Assembly (NCBI GenBank): GCA_963835065.1 | Contig: CAWIEK010000039.1 | Coordinates: 32,001-96,000 of the forward strand | Origin: an uncultured Chthonomonadaceae bacterium | GTDB lineage: Bacteria > Armatimonadota > Chthonomonadetes > Chthonomonadales > Chthonomonadaceae | Reading direction: 5' to 3' | Length of the DNA: 64,000 nucleotides | Program-made: the position numbers and the translations under genes | Shown here: positions 9,546 through 22,773 of the stretch, in pieces | Layout: every line of letters begins with the position of its first letter | Position numbering within the stretch: the stretch's first letter is position 1 | The notes under the pieces: generated by a model | Database searches by the model: none | Seen by the model: the letters and a program-made list of their open reading frames with translations, nothing else | Told to the model about the DNA's origin: nothing

Positions 9546-11690
9546 ATGAACTCAGGAACATATCATAATCGTCGTCCCGTGATTTCGATGCGCAGGCTTC
9601 GCGCTTTTTCACTGCTCGAAATTCTGGTCGTGATGGTCGTTTTGCTGATCGGCATCCTTGCCGTCGTGCGCCTGTTTCCCGGCGGCTTTCTGGCGATTCA
9701 GCGCACAGGAGAACAAACGACGGGAACGCAGCTCGCCGAGCAGCAGTTGGATTTACTGCGCAGCCTGCCCGTTCTGCCGGACTACATCGTGCCCGGCCTC
9801 CCCGACAGCAATGGCGGAATTCATGAGATTTCCAACATTCGCCCGGACGATTTGACGGAAGCGACGGATCAGGACGTGTCGCAACTGGCGACTGCGAACG
9901 GGTTCACCATCTTTCCCAACTATCCCGGCTACTACTTCTCCAATATAAATCGCTTCGGCTACATCAAAGGCGAAACTTTTTATATTCCCGTGTCCAATCC
10001 CAACATTGTGGATGGCAGCAACAAGCCCTATGGCTCTATTGCTCTGCTTCAACTCGGCCCCGTGTTCAACTACTTTAATACGAGCGGCGGTCAGACGACG
10101 GACAGCCTTCACGTGTATGGCGCGGCATTGACGCGGACGCTGCAAAGCGCGGTCGCCAGCACGGATCGCCCCGATGCCCGCGCCCTGCTGCGCAACGAGG
10201 CCGAGTACGCGATTGATTATGACAATCACATCATCGCCTTCTTCCCCCGCGTTGCCCAACCCGGCATGATAAAGTCGCGCGAGTTCCAGATTACCTTTGA
10301 TTACTACGACACGAGCGCCAACCCGCCCACGCTGAAAACGCAAACGGGTAAAATCGTCGTGCAGGACATAGACCCCACAACCGTTGTTGCGGGCGTGTTG
10401 CCCCAACCCGTGTGGCAGGACATTTTCAGCGCCACGAACCCGGCTCCCACCAACGCCAAAGACGAGTTCAACATCCGCCACGAAAGCGACGATGTGAGCC
10501 GCGCCTTCAAGTTGATTACGACGGACTACAACGGCGGAACGAAGCAGACGTTTGAGGACGCAACTGCCGGACCGGGCTGGTCGGACGATGCGTATGAATA
10601 TGCCTGGTTCTCCGGGCAGCAAACAGGGGATTCCAATGATGGCGTACTCGTGTTCAACCCGAAAGCGCATGTCTCCATTCTTGCGGACGACAGTTCCGAT
10701 CCGCTGACGCAGGCGCAGGGCCAATCGTTTACCAACAATCTCGGACTGGTGGCGCGGGTGGATTACCTGACCTACGACAACCATATTCTGCGCGACCAGC
10801 GTACGGTTCCCTCAAGCGCGCCGTATACCATTAAATTGTCCGTGCCCAACCTGCTGACGTACAATGACATTCTGGACGATGGCTCCACGTATACCGGCCT
10901 GTTCAATGTCGCGGCGGGAACCGTGCAGCCCGACATTATTGTTGTCAACGCCAACGACGGAACGGAAGTGGCCGAGTACACCAACAACCCCTCCGCAGGC
11001 AGCAATCCTACGGTTGTGCGCGGCAATTATGATGAAGCCAACCATGTCCGCATCAGCGTTGACACCGTAGCGGGAACCATCACGCTTGCGGCGACGGCGC
11101 AGCCGGGGGATACCAACTTGAAGGGCGTGGAAGACCTGAACCTGCAGGGCAAATCCCTGCGCGTCTACTACCGAACGCAGAAAAACTGGGGTATGCAGCT
11201 GCAAAAGGCCAGCAGCGTGTACACGGCCACCACAAACCCCGACACGCTGGACTACAAAACGTTCTTCATCGGCCAGGGCGGCACGAACGGCTTTGCCACG
11301 CGCCTGTATTTCGCGCCCTCGGAAGCCGGCAAGACCGTCAGCCTGAGCGAGTTCTATCTGAAAACAGCGAGCGGCACTATTTACAGCCCGTTCAAGAACG
11401 CGACGTTCAAAATTCAGGACGCCCCCTTACAATTCGAATCGTTGGGCACGAAAGGCATCCTGTATCCCTGGATTGACGTGAGGGACAGTTTTCCGAACGC
11501 GGACGCAGAACACGTTCCGCAGGGTGGCGCAAGCGGCGATGCGATTACCGGGTTTACCGCCGCCCCAACTGGACGCGCCGTAAGCCAGGTGCGCGGCCTG
11601 TCCGTGAAATCCCGCGTGATCTGGAAAGACCGCAACAATTTCCGCCGCATAGACCAGGACAGCGTTCTGACTACCGACCGTTTACAATAA
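9546..11690 (+). CDS. Very large minor pilin-like protein (PilV/GspI position, ~714 aa)
   Basis: RLRA|FSLLEILVVMVVLLIGILAV...LAEQQL; start uncertain (9546 or 9588). Confidence 0.8.
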   Translation: MNSGTYHNRRPVISMRRLRAFSLLEILVVMVVLLIGILAVVRLFPGGFLAIQRTGEQTTGTQLAEQQLDLLRSLPVLPDYIVPGLPDSNGGIHEISNIRPDDLTEATDQDVSQLATANGFTIFPNYPGYYFSNINRFGYIKGETFYIPVSNPNIVDGSNKPYGSIALLQLGPVFNYFNTSGGQTTDSLHVYGAALTRTLQSAVASTDRPDARALLRNEAEYAIDYDNHIIAFFPRVAQPGMIKSREFQITFDYYDTSANPPTLKTQTGKIVVQDIDPTTVVAGVLPQPVWQDIFSATNPAPTNAKDEFNIRHESDDVSRAFKLITTDYNGGTKQTFEDATAGPGWSDDAYEYAWFSGQQTGDSNDGVLVFNPKAHVSILADDSSDPLTQAQGQSFTNNLGLVARVDYLTYDNHILRDQRTVPSSAPYTIKLSVPNLLTYNDILDDGSTYTGLFNVAAGTVQPDIIVVNANDGTEVAEYTNNPSAGSNPTVVRGNYDEANHVRISVDTVAGTITLAATAQPGDTNLKGVEDLNLQGKSLRVYYRTQKNWGMQLQKASSVYTATTNPDTLDYKTFFIGQGGTNGFATRLYFAPSEAGKTVSLSEFYLKTASGTIYSPFKNATFKIQDAPLQFESLGTKGILYPWIDVRDSFPNADAEHVPQGGASGDAITGFTAAPTGRAVSQVRGLSVKSRVIWKDRNNFRRIDQDSVLTTDRLQ

Positions 11691-11717
11691 CCTGCCTTTA
11701 CCGAGATATTCAACGCC

Positions 11718-14030
11718 ATGACAGCAACGAAGCCAACCATATATAGGGAACAGGGAACAGGGAACAGGGAACAGAAAATACCCAATACCCAACGCTCAAC
11801 ACCCAACACCCGACACCACGCCTTCACCTTGATCGAACTTCTCGTCGTGATCGCGCTGACGGCGATTCTGCTGACGCTGGTGTTCGCGCCGCTTGTCACC
11901 ACGCTGAACCTGACGAGCCGGGCGGGAACACAGATCGAGGCGCAGACAAACGCGCGCGACGTAATGCGCCAACTGGAAGCGGAATTGGGCGGCCCGGTCT
12001 TTGTGTACGACAACGTGCTGCAGGGGCCGGCCAGTCAGGGCGGCAAATTGGGCGACCCGGACGGGCGCGTCAACCTGTGGATGTACAAGCGCAATGGAAC
12101 CAATCCCATTGGCGGCGCTCCCGTTGTGATTCCCATTCGGTTCGGCATGATAGAATATGTCGCGCCGGCCAGCCAGTCGGAAAACAGCGCGAATACGACG
12201 CTTGATCCCACGACAGGCAGGCCGGATGTGGGAACCGGTTCACCGGGAAACGTTTCTTTGCCTCTGGTGCGCGGACGAGAAATAGTGCGCATATTTCAGG
12301 GACTGCAAAATAACACTTCCGGGACAACAGGCTTAACGCAGGACGGGGTTACGCTGTCCGGTATGCCTGTAGACGCGAAAGGCAATTTTCACGGCTACGC
12401 CAACCGCTTCGACGACGCGGCGGATGTGACCGCTTCCCAGGACAACCGCACCACGCTGTACCGGGCCGAAGTTCAGCCCTACATTCCCGACCCGACCGCG
12501 CCTGCGAACACAACGCGCTATGTCGCCAACATCGCCCTGTTCCATACCTTCAATGCGCAGGGAACGCGGGGAACCGACCCGACCGGAACCCTGATTATGG
12601 ACGAACCCAACTTCTTCTATGACACCACCCCGATTCCTGCCGCATACGTACGATTAGGCGCTCCGGGCGTGGATATTGCCGGACGCGCGACCGTTCCCAT
12701 GTGGGAGTGCTGGAAGGCCGTGTCGCAGCCCCTGCTGCCCCTAACCAAAGGCGATGTTGTGGAATTGCAGCGTGATAACCGCAACCAAATCGTATACGAT
12801 GCCAATGATGTGCCGATTGTGCGTCCGTTGATTACGTTCACGCCGCAGTACGTGGAAAACGATCCGGGCGTCCCGGCCAGCGTGGAAGCGTCCGCTTCGG
12901 AAACTCCTTTTACCGCCGCCACAACGTACCGTTCGCAGTATGGCGCGTGGGCGCGTCCGTTCCGCGTGATCGTGTACCGCTCGCCGGACGGAATTCAGGA
13001 CCCGCTTGGCTATCAGGACGCGGGCGGCAAACCGCTTTATTATGAAATGGATGACGTGAGTACGGGCATCGGCTTTCAGGGGCCGAGCGCGAATCTGGCG
13101 TCCAGCGTCGGGCCGCAGCTCAACCCGGATGGCTCGTGGAAAACGAATACGACGCCGCAGTTCGCCTTTACGCCGGATTATGACAAGGGCACGATTAATT
13201 TCGCGTTCCCGCACACCGTCTATGATCGCCTGAGCGACGGTTCGCCCGTGCCGATGTACTACAATCCGAATACCATCAACAGCCAGATAGACATTCTGGC
13301 GAACGGCGAACCCCTTACCGGACGTCGTTACCTGTGGCTGCGCTACTTCGACCCAACGGCGCAAATCGGCGGCACGGCAGCCAACCCGACAACGGCCATA
13401 TCGCCGCTCGACAAATTCTATGTGGCGCTGGATGATCCGCCGCAAACACCGGCCAAAAATCAGCCCAAAGTACGCATCGTGCCGGGCAGTGAGCGCGTGT
13501 TCGGGCCGGATCAGCTTCCGGGAGCGCACTACGGCTACCGAACGCAGTACACCCGCGTGTCGGCCAATGCCGGTCAGATCGGGCAAAACCAGTACAAAAT
13601 CCTGTACGAGAACGCCGCCAACTCGAACTATGTCAACGACATCAACGACCCGCGCGTACAAACCGGCTATATCGAATTCGACAGCCTGCCCGACAAAGAC
13701 CCCGGCGCATTGCCCAACATCGGTTCCGTAAACCTGGATGCAACGGTGGAAAACCCGTCGCAGGCGGCAGGCAGTCTGCCCGTATATCGCCCGCACAGCC
13801 TGCCCCTGCTGAAGTACGTTGCGGCAACCGGCCAGACCGTGCCCGCCGACCCGATTGAAGTGTCGTACAGCTTCCAGATGAACCGTCCAAGCGACGTGGT
13901 GAAAATAGACTACCTGACGCGCAGCATCATGAACGTCAACATGGAAATGCGCCTGTACGATCCGCGCTCCGCCCGCCCGCAAACCACGCAATTGACCAGC
14001 AAGGTTTCGGTACGGAACCTTCAGCGCTGA
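11718..14030 (+). CDS. Very large minor pilin-like protein (PilW/GspJ position, 770 aa); leader encoded largely by heptamer repeats
   Basis: [20 protein letters not shown]...AQTNARDVMRQLEAEL; C-terminal LTSKVSVRN. Confidence 0.85.
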   Translation: MTATKPTIYREQGTGNREQKIPNTQRSTPNTRHHAFTLIELLVVIALTAILLTLVFAPLVTTLNLTSRAGTQIEAQTNARDVMRQLEAELGGPVFVYDNVLQGPASQGGKLGDPDGRVNLWMYKRNGTNPIGGAPVVIPIRFGMIEYVAPASQSENSANTTLDPTTGRPDVGTGSPGNVSLPLVRGREIVRIFQGLQNNTSGTTGLTQDGVTLSGMPVDAKGNFHGYANRFDDAADVTASQDNRTTLYRAEVQPYIPDPTAPANTTRYVANIALFHTFNAQGTRGTDPTGTLIMDEPNFFYDTTPIPAAYVRLGAPGVDIAGRATVPMWECWKAVSQPLLPLTKGDVVELQRDNRNQIVYDANDVPIVRPLITFTPQYVENDPGVPASVEASASETPFTAATTYRSQYGAWARPFRVIVYRSPDGIQDPLGYQDAGGKPLYYEMDDVSTGIGFQGPSANLASSVGPQLNPDGSWKTNTTPQFAFTPDYDKGTINFAFPHTVYDRLSDGSPVPMYYNPNTINSQIDILANGEPLTGRRYLWLRYFDPTAQIGGTAANPTTAISPLDKFYVALDDPPQTPAKNQPKVRIVPGSERVFGPDQLPGAHYGYRTQYTRVSANAGQIGQNQYKILYENAANSNYVNDINDPRVQTGYIEFDSLPDKDPGALPNIGSVNLDATVENPSQAAGSLPVYRPHSLPLLKYVAATGQTVPADPIEVSYSFQMNRPSDVVKIDYLTRSIMNVNMEMRLYDPRSARPQTTQLTSKVSVRNLQR

Positions 14031-14047
14031 AATAGCATCTAAGTAAG

Positions 14048-14174
14048 AAGGCATTAGGCATTAGATATTAGGCATTAGGGACTAGGAACACTCCTCAAAT
14101 CCTGCTTCCCACAGTCAATGCAAACATCAACGAGCGCATTTCCCTAATGCCTAATGCCTAATATCTAATGCCTT
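14048..14174. repeat. Inverted heptamer tandem repeat (TAGGCAT)n / (ATGCCTA)n
   Basis: Arms ~14048-14081 and ~14141-14174, each with one TAGATAT/ATATCTA variant unit. Confidence 0.92.
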
Positions 14175-14192
14175 TCCTGGAGCATCGTTCCT

Positions 14193-17100
14193 ATGTCCGA
14201 GCAAACCCGGCAGGTCTGCGCGTCGCGCAAATCCCGTATTCGCCGTGCATCGCGCCCAATCCGGCCAAACGCTGGTTGTGGCGCTGGCCGTGCTGTTTAT
14301 TCTGCTGTTCCTCGGCGGCACGTTTGTCGCGCGCGTGGCCCGCAACCTGACCAACTCGCGGCGGGCGGGGGATACGTCCGACGCGCTTGCGCTGGCGCAG
14401 GCCGGACTGAAATACTGCGACTCCGAATTGACCGGCAGCGCGGACGGCGCGGACTGGCGGCCTGTTCCGAGCGCCCCCATCGGCCCCAATAACGGCGTCA
14501 ACGATCCCGATTACTTCTGGCTGGAAAAAGGCTTTACGCGCCTGAACCTCAAGGGCGGACGCGCGCTCGTGCGCGTTTCCTACGATCCCGATCCCTTCAA
14601 CCCAGTCGGGCAGGCCATTAAAATCGAAAGCATCGGGCGTACGGGCGAACTCGATCCCAATGACCCGACCGTGTTTGTGCAAAATCAAGTCTCGCCGCGC
14701 CTGCGCCGCGAACTGATCGCTTACAAGCGGCTGGGCATCACGGACTACCTGCGCTTCATTACCGATAAAGACAAGAACAACCATAACAACTATCTGGGCG
14801 TTCCGGCTATCGGCCACTATTTCCCGATGGTGTTCGGCAACCCGATGCTGGCGATGGCTTCCTATTATAATGGCGTGAGCGGCAACGAAACTCTGTACGG
14901 CGGGCCGGTTTACTGCAACTCCAACCTGACCATCATGGGCGACACGCTGTTTTATGAGGGGTCGCGGGGCGTGTACGATCCGTATACTGCTGGTTCCGGC
15001 GACGCGGCGCGCGTTCAGGAAGGCATTTTCGCGGCAGGCGTGATTACGGCCAACCAATCATCAACGGCTTCGCCCACCGCCACGCGCTTCGATAACGCGG
15101 GACTTCCCATCAATCAGGCGTTTATCAACGTAGACCCGACTGACCTTGACCGCGCCTGCCACTGTGAACAACATGCCCTACGGCGGTCCGATTACCCCGA
15201 CCCTGACGGCAGCGGGCGCTCCGAACGCGAATTATGAAACCTATATTCAGCGGGTGCGCGACAACAGCCCCGATCCCGACCGCTCCGGCAATCCCCGCGG
15301 CGTGTCCCGCCTGACGCCGCCCTCCATTGACACCAATCTCAACGGCACGGGCAGCCTGCGCGTCCGCCGCATTGCGCAGGAGTCGGGCATCTGGATCAGT
15401 CCAGAACTTCAACACGGGTATGCACGGGTGGGGAACCAGCATCTACGTGGACAACAACGCCGACTTGCAGCAGGAAACCCAACTGCCGGGCGTCAATGGC
15501 GGCTTTTCCCTGCCCGCCGACTGGACCAATCCCAACGCCGGATTTGCGCAAAGTTCGTGGCAAGGCCCGTACTATCGCCCGCCCGGAGTCCTCGTGGAAC
15601 TGCTCGGCGACCGGATGCGGATTACCCGCACGGACGGCAAATCGTTTTATGGCTCGGATGGGACGCCCAACGCGCAAAACGGCGGCTCCACAATCGAAAT
15701 TCCGTTTTCGGATGTTGATCGCGATAATCTGCCGACGATGGCCGGACAACCACCGTTGCAGCACTTCCCGCGCGATGGCGACGAGCCGTACACGGGAACC
15801 GACCCGCGCAACAGCAGCAAGTTCAGCATTGATCCGGGTTCCTACGGCGTCAACATCCTGCTGTTTGCCGAAGGCAACATCCGCGTCAAGGGCGTGTACG
15901 GAACCCTGACCGATACCACCAAGCCTTCGCCCAAACTGAGCCGCGTTCACCTGACACTGGTTACGGGCGGCAGCGCGTATATCGAAGGCAACCTGGTCAA
16001 GGGCGATGGAACCGTGAGCGGAGCGGGCGGAGCCGTGCAGCTTCAGCGCAACTCGACGTGCCAGATAATCGCCAAAGATTATGTGTGCGTGAACACGTCT
16101 ATGTTTATGCAGCCGCAAAACCAGACAAACGTGTGGAACCGCCTGACGCCGGACGTGGACGCTTTCGCAACCGAAATCGGCCTGCCCCGCGTGTCCTACG
16201 ACACGGCTTTTAACAATGGCGTGTTCCCGAACAGCTACACCAGCGCCAGCGCGGGGAGCGCGGTTCCGCAGATGCTGATGATGCGACAGGCCGCGCTTGC
16301 GCCCGGACCCACAGCCGTAAACCTGTTCGTCAACCCGGCTGCCGACAATGGCGCGGGCAATACCCTGTTCAACTGGCCGCAGTACGGCATCAGTTACCCG
16401 CTCGGCACGCGGCCCGACCCGAACACCAACCTGATCATACCGGACCCGTCTTCCGTGACGCCGTACTTTGAGCAGAAAACGTTCGTGTTCGATCCTAACA
16501 CGACTGCGCCGACGTACAATGTGTATCCCGGCTACGACAACCTGCTGCGCTTGCAGGTGGATCAAACGGCGGCGGCATCGCAGGTCAACATCGCGCAGGG
16601 GCCGCTGCAAAGTTATCTGCTCGGCGGTATCATGGTATCGCCCTTAGACATTCGCATCGAAGCGGCCTTGTACGCGCAGGACAAATCGTTCTTCATCATT
16701 CCGGGTTACTCGTTCAACCCGGACCCGAACGATACCCGCGCCCATTTCCTTGCGACTAGCAGCGCGCCCGCCGCCGGGGATGGCAACCGCGTATCGTTCA
16801 GCCCGCTGGATGTTCAGGCGGATCGGGACGCCAAAAACAGGTTCCCGTACCACAATGAGCCGCTGGATGTGCGGATTACGTTTCAGGGCGCGATTGCCGA
16901 AAGTTATACGGCAAGTCTGGGCGCGCAGGCCGCGTGGCTGAAGCAATGGGGTTATACGCCCGCCAAATACGGCTCGTTTAACGCGGCCAATGCCATGAAT
17001 ACTGAGATCCCGGACGATCACCTGATGGCGCGCGACCCGGCCCCCAATGGAACCCTGCCGGTCGGGTATGTGGCGGGCGATCCGGGCAATCTGGATTTCC

Positions 17101-17436
17101 GCACAATGGTTGAAAAGCAAACCGATACGCCGCCGCGCCAACGACTTTCTGCTCACGCGCGCTCTGCGCTTCGAGTACGATCCCGCGCTGGCAATGCCGT
17201 ACTTCCACAGCACCGACAAAACGCTGACGGGACAGCAAAACCGCAATCTTCGGCTTGGCCGCGCCCTGCGCTTCACCAAGCGCACGGTAACAGGCTTCGG
17301 CAGCAACACGCTGGTTTTCCGCCAACTGCTGCCGCCCATGCCGCGCCTGCCGCTCGGCCCCGACCTGATCTTCTCCGGCCAGAGCGACCAACTGCTGGGT
17401 GAAAACCCGTATGACACGGATTTGTATACGCCATAG
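14193..17436 (+). CDS. PilX/GspK-like giant minor pilin (~1080 aa after repairing four +1 frameshifts)
   Basis: SG|QTLVVALAVLFILLFLGG (no Glu5) ... ALALAQAGLKY, IESIGR; ORFs 14193, 14245, 15146, 15327 and 17047 join by successive +1 shifts. Confidence 0.75.
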
Positions 17437-17439
17437 GAA

Positions 17440-17523
17440 GGCATCAGGCATCAGGTATTAGGCATATAGGAAACGCTGTACACGATAAGTCTTAACTGAC
17501 CTAATACCTAATACCTGATACCT
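17440..17523. repeat. Degenerate inverted heptamer repeat (YAGGYAT)n / (ATACCTR)n
   Basis: GGCATCAGGCATCAGGTATTAGGCAT ... CCTAATACCTAATACCTGATACCT. Confidence 0.8.
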
Positions 17524-17547
17524 ATTTATGAAGTGGACACACGAAAC

Positions 17548-20500
17548 ATGAAACGTAAATCCCTGACGATAGGATTGACCGGGCTGGCCGGAGTGGTGCT
17601 GTGCGGCGGGCTGCTGACGTTGAGCGGCAGGAACCAGCCGGCACACGCGGACGCCACCAATTACAGCAACCAGAAGCGCGCCATACGCGCCTGCGTCCTC
17701 GTGACCGAAGCCACGCAGGACGCGGACGGGGGCGGCGCAACTTATCCGAGCAACGTCACGCCGCACGTCTTTTATGCGCTGGACAGCCGGACGGATTTGC
17801 GCCCCGGTAACTTCGAGTTCGTAAACCCGCTCGCGCCCCAGATCATTACGCAGGATATTTATAACCGCTGGCTGCGGCGCAGCAATGCCAACGGCAACCG
17901 GGATCGCGCGTTCAACAACGGCACGGCGGAGCAGCAGTTGTTTCAGGTTGGATCACCCTGCACCAAAAACATGGGCGCGTACTGGGAAGTCAATCTGAGC
18001 AAAGTGACTTCGACGGATTTACAGCAGTTCGATGTGGTGCTGATGCCCATGCACGGGTCGCGGCCCGGTTTGGGCGTACAGTTTACGCCCGCCGAGCGCG
18101 AGCGCCTGCGCCATTACGCGGATCAGGGCGGCACGATCTGGATGGAAAACGCCGGATTGGGCAGTGGCGCGTTCGGCGGCGGCGGGTTCTTTGAAGTGAT
18201 GGACACGGGCGGGCAGCCGGGCGCGAACACGCCGATTACGGTTGCCGCCGCGCACCATCCCCTGCTCAATTACCCCTATTACATCTCGCCCCAAAACACG
18301 TATGGCCTGAGCGTCCAGAACAGCATGAACAATAACCTGTTCATTGACCCGACGACGAATGCGGCAAAAGCGGCGTATGGCGGCGCGCAGCTGCAATTGT
18401 CGCAGGCGACGGCTCCCATTCTGCGCAAAGGTGGCGCGACAACCGTGTACGCGGGCGACATCGGCGCGGGGCATTTGCTTGTTACGTCCGCCAGCATCGC
18501 GGGCGACATTAACAATTATATGATCAGTGGCAATGCGCAGGGCGTTCCCGGCTCTTCGGTTATCGGCGTCAACGACGGCGCGGTTTGCGGCAGCAATCTG
18601 CAAGGCATCCCGCCCACGGATTTGAAGTTCGCGTACAACCTCGCAAGCTGGATCAGCAGTGTGCCCACGCCCGGCAGCAACCAGCGGCGCACGGGTTCCA
18701 CGCAGGAAAACATCGGCTCGACGCTGGCCGTGAAATGGTCGCCCCTGCCGCTGATGAACCCGGCGAATGTCGGCTCCGGCGCAACCATTTATAAGGGGCT
18801 GACCTATTGGGTGGACGGCAACAACTTCCTCCACGCTTTCGACACCAACCCGCAGCAAAGCCTGAGCGGAAACGGCAACCCGGACGACGGCATTCCCGAT
18901 TTTATTTATGGCTTTCCCTATGATGAAGTGTGGAACGACAAGGGCGCGCGCATTCTGCCCGACCCCAATACGGCGCGCGGCTCCACGCCAACCGTCGTTA
19001 CCGTGACTGACCCTTCCAGCAATACCATTCTCGAAGCGCTGGCGCTGCAGGACACGCAGGGTTCCTTTTACGTTGTGCCGATGGCGCTTGGCGGGCAGAA
19101 ATACACCACCAATACTCAAATTACCATCAAGCGCGCGACGGGAGACATGCAGCCAAGCCTCGTGACCACGCCGACTATGGCGGGCGCGATGCCGAAATCA
19201 AGTTCGGGAGCGCCGTTCGGCAACCCGTTTCCCAAGCCTGTTCCGGCTCCCGCCTATTCCGATGGCGTCCTTTTCGGCCTGACCTTCAACAAACCGCAGG
19301 GCAGGAACGGCGAACTTGGCTGGCGCATCGAAGCCATTGACCTGCTGACGACCCTCAAATCGGGGAATCCGTCGAGCGTGTTCGGCGGCGATACAGGCGA
19401 CGCGGCTGTGCCCAACCCGTCCACCGGCAGCATGGGCCTGCCCGGTTTTTACAACCCGCAGGGCAATCTGACAGTGGGCGAGGTGAAGGACCCGAATTCG
19501 GACGCGGTAGATAAAATCGTGTATGTGCCGATTGCGGCCAACGACACAGCCCAAACCGCCGGCGTCATCAGAACCGCGTGGTTCAGTACGCGCTCCGAAA
19601 GACTGCGCGCCGGACTGTTGACGAATTTCCCGGCGGAATTTCCGATAGGCCGAACGTTTGTGCCGTCCGGCAACCGGGCGCGCATACCTTGGTACGTGGG
19701 CGGGAACAGTCCGAGCAACATCAACCTCAACCCGGTCGTGCATATCGTCACGTATAACGGCACGGTGGCAACGGGAATTCAAACGTTGACCTATCCGAAT
19801 GATTTCACCGTGTCCTACAAAGCGGATGGCGAGTACGCGCTGGATGATCCCAACGATCCCACCTCCACAAAGAACCCTACGGTTCCCGCAGGCGCGCGCA
19901 TGCACGTTATTTTGAACAACGTCACGCCCAATCCCAGTACCGATGTGGTGTATGTGGATTACACCGTAGACTGGCCCGGCGCGCCGATAAACGGCGTCAC
20001 GCCTTCACCGCTGGACCTGGCCTTGATCATGGCGCGGCAGTACCAGACGTTTCCCCAAACCTACGGCGCTATGACGCCGGAATTCTCCGGCGGCGTTGCG
20101 CTCAGTGGCGACGACAACCTGCTGATGGCCGTGACCAACCTGCGCGGGGGAACGGGAGTGACGGGCAGCACGGATATAGCCGTTCCTGACCGGGTTTTCA
20201 ACGTGCGCGATTCCTATATCGGCGTGGACAGTTCCACGGTTCGTACCAATCTGACCGGGCAAAGCGGTCCTCCCGCCCGCCCGCGGCAGGAAGGCCCGTA
20301 TGTCAACTGGATGTTTTCACCCAATGAGGGCGTCACGCTGGACAGCAGCTACGGCGGCGGCGCTTTCAACGGCTACCAGGTGCGCCCGCGCCTGCTCGAC
20401 CCGATCAACAAGCAGCCTATCTATAACTTCAAAGCGGTCGGTTCGCCGATTTCCTCCAACGGCACGGTTTACGTGCTGGGCATGGGCTACAGAACGGCCC

Positions 20501-22766
20501 AATCTGCCGGAACCGGCAGCGCGAACCAGCCCGATTATACGGTGCTGCTGGCCCTGCGCGAAAACGTGGATGCCTCCATTGATGTCGGGCCGGTGACGGA
20601 TACCGCTGTGCTTACCCTGGTGCAGCCAAGCCTGATCAATCCCAGCGGGAAGATCACGCTGACGCAGGACAATGAATTTACCCTTGAGCGCGTCCCGGAT
20701 ACTATTAATGGCGGCTTTAAGGGCATTGCGCATATTCTGCGCTTTCAGCAGATTCAGCCGGGTGGGCAGACAAACACGGACACCTTCAATCTCGCCCTGC
20801 CGATCTGGGTTCAGGACGCCACTGCCGGGCAGGGAACCCTGACCATACCGCCCAAAGTAAACCCGGTGACGGGCGTGGGCATTCTGGACAACCTTCAATA
20901 CTATGTGGTGATTCCCACCAACGAAAACCGGCGCGCTGCCCAATGTTCCCGGCGCGTTTGCGACCAGTGGCCCGTCCGTATCGGGCAATACGCTGTACTT
21001 TGCCGCGGACGCCAGTTGGCGCGGGTGGTGGCGGGCAGGCGGTAAGCGGTGTCGTGACGGTTGACTTGCAGCGCGCCGTCAGCGCGCAAGGCGGCAGCCC
21101 CTTAGACGATAAGGGCGTGTCCTTTGTGTCCAATACGCCGGCGCTTACCGATGTAACGACGGGCGGGCCATTGGCGACGATGTATCCGAGCGTCCATCCG
21201 CCGCTTGGCACGACAAACGTGATGATCGCTCCCAACGCGCAAAGCCTGACGGGTATGGACAACGGCCTGATTCTGATTGCCGACAGCCACCGCCTGCTGG
21301 AAGTGGACGCGGGGGGCAACGCCTACTGGTCTATGGAAGCCACGCGAACCCATACGATTGTGGGCGCAAACAACATTGCGGATGGGGGCATTGCAACCAC
21401 GCCGATTCCGCTTTCGCGCCCGGCAACCGCGCGCCGGTTTGAACTCAACGACTTTCTGGTCGTGGATACGGGTAACAACCGCATCGTCGGCACGGACAGG
21501 GGCAGTACCACGCGCTTTGAAATCAGCGGTTTCCAGGACGGCATGAAGTTCCTGCGCCCCGGCGACCCGCTCAGTCTGAACCAGCCTACGGATGTGGAAA
21601 CGTTCCCGGAACAGTTCAACGGCTATACCATTACCAACCGCGATACGAACGTGTCCTATACCTTTAACGGGGCGGGCGTGGCGTACCACTACTTGATCGC
21701 CGACAGCGGCAACTACCGGATTCTCGATTTGGTGGACGTGTACGACGCGAACGGACAGTTGGTACAGCTTACGGCAAGCGATGGAAGCGGGAATATCTCC
21801 GGGGAAAAACTGCTTTCGTTCGTTTCTCGCTCGCTTGGGGAACAAAATCAGCGCTACCGCTATCGAACAGTACAGCAGTTCCAGGCAAGTGGCGTAAACT
21901 ACATCATTGCCACTGTCGCCAACGTGCGGCAGGCCAATGTGGGCGGCGCGGGCATCGTCGGCAACGACGCCACCAACTTCGAGGGACCGGGCGGTTCGCT
22001 GATCGTGATTCAACGCTCTCCAAGCGGCCCGAACCCCAATGGTGGCGCGAACCTGCAGGCCGGTGATGTATACAACGTCATCAACAGCTTCCGGGTCGCC
22101 GACCAGAACGGCAACTTCACGCAGCGCCAAAATGTCAGCAATCCGACGTGGTTCAAAGAGTTCAGCGTTGCCGATACCACGCAGGGCGTGGGCAACAACC
22201 CGCAGCAGGTTCCGCGCTTCCTGCTTTCCGACGCGAACGGCTGCTACATCCTGCGCTACGACAACGTTCTCAAGGACTACGTGACCGACTGGAAACTGAC
22301 CGCCAACGAATACTACTATATGACGGGGCGCAAATTGCAGGCAACGTCTATCACGCGCGAAACCCTGGCGGACTACTCGCCGTCCCGCAACAAGTTCGAA
22401 GCGCGCCTGCTGATTACCAATGGCTACAGCGGCGCGGACAATATGCCCGCCGTATTTGGCGCGGGCTGGCTGCAGGGTGTGGTACAGGGCGAAGTGTTCG
22501 AGATCAACGCCGCGCAGTATTACCCGCTCCCGGCAGCCGGTAAAACGACCTTTGGCTATGCCGTCGCGCCCTACCAGCGCTATGGCGTGAACGCGGGCAA
22601 CCCGGTTATCAACACCAATGGTCCCTTAACGCGCATGATTCCCAACGAGCGCGCCGTGAAAACACCCGGCGGCCAGTACGTCATCAAACGCAGCATCGGC
22701 TCACCCGACAACGGCCTGTCCACCTTCATTCTGGAACAGCCGCAGTACGCTGAGAAACCGCTTTAG
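17548..22766 (+). CDS. Large secreted protein (~1740 aa; two +1 shifts near 20925 and 21015); N-terminal DUF4159-like region, beta-propeller-like repeats
   Basis: Signal peptide MKRKSLTIGL...PAHA; FTPAERERLRHYADQGGTIWME; NHL/PQQ-like blades (LIADSHRLLEVD, LVVDTGNNRIV, LIADSGNYRIL). Confidence 0.7.
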
Positions 22767-22773
22767 AAAAGAA

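Noticed and set aside
8168..11830. Ala instead of Gly at -1 of prepilin cleavage sites as a novelty
   Set aside because: A|F sites are an accepted variant of the prepilin N-methylation motif.
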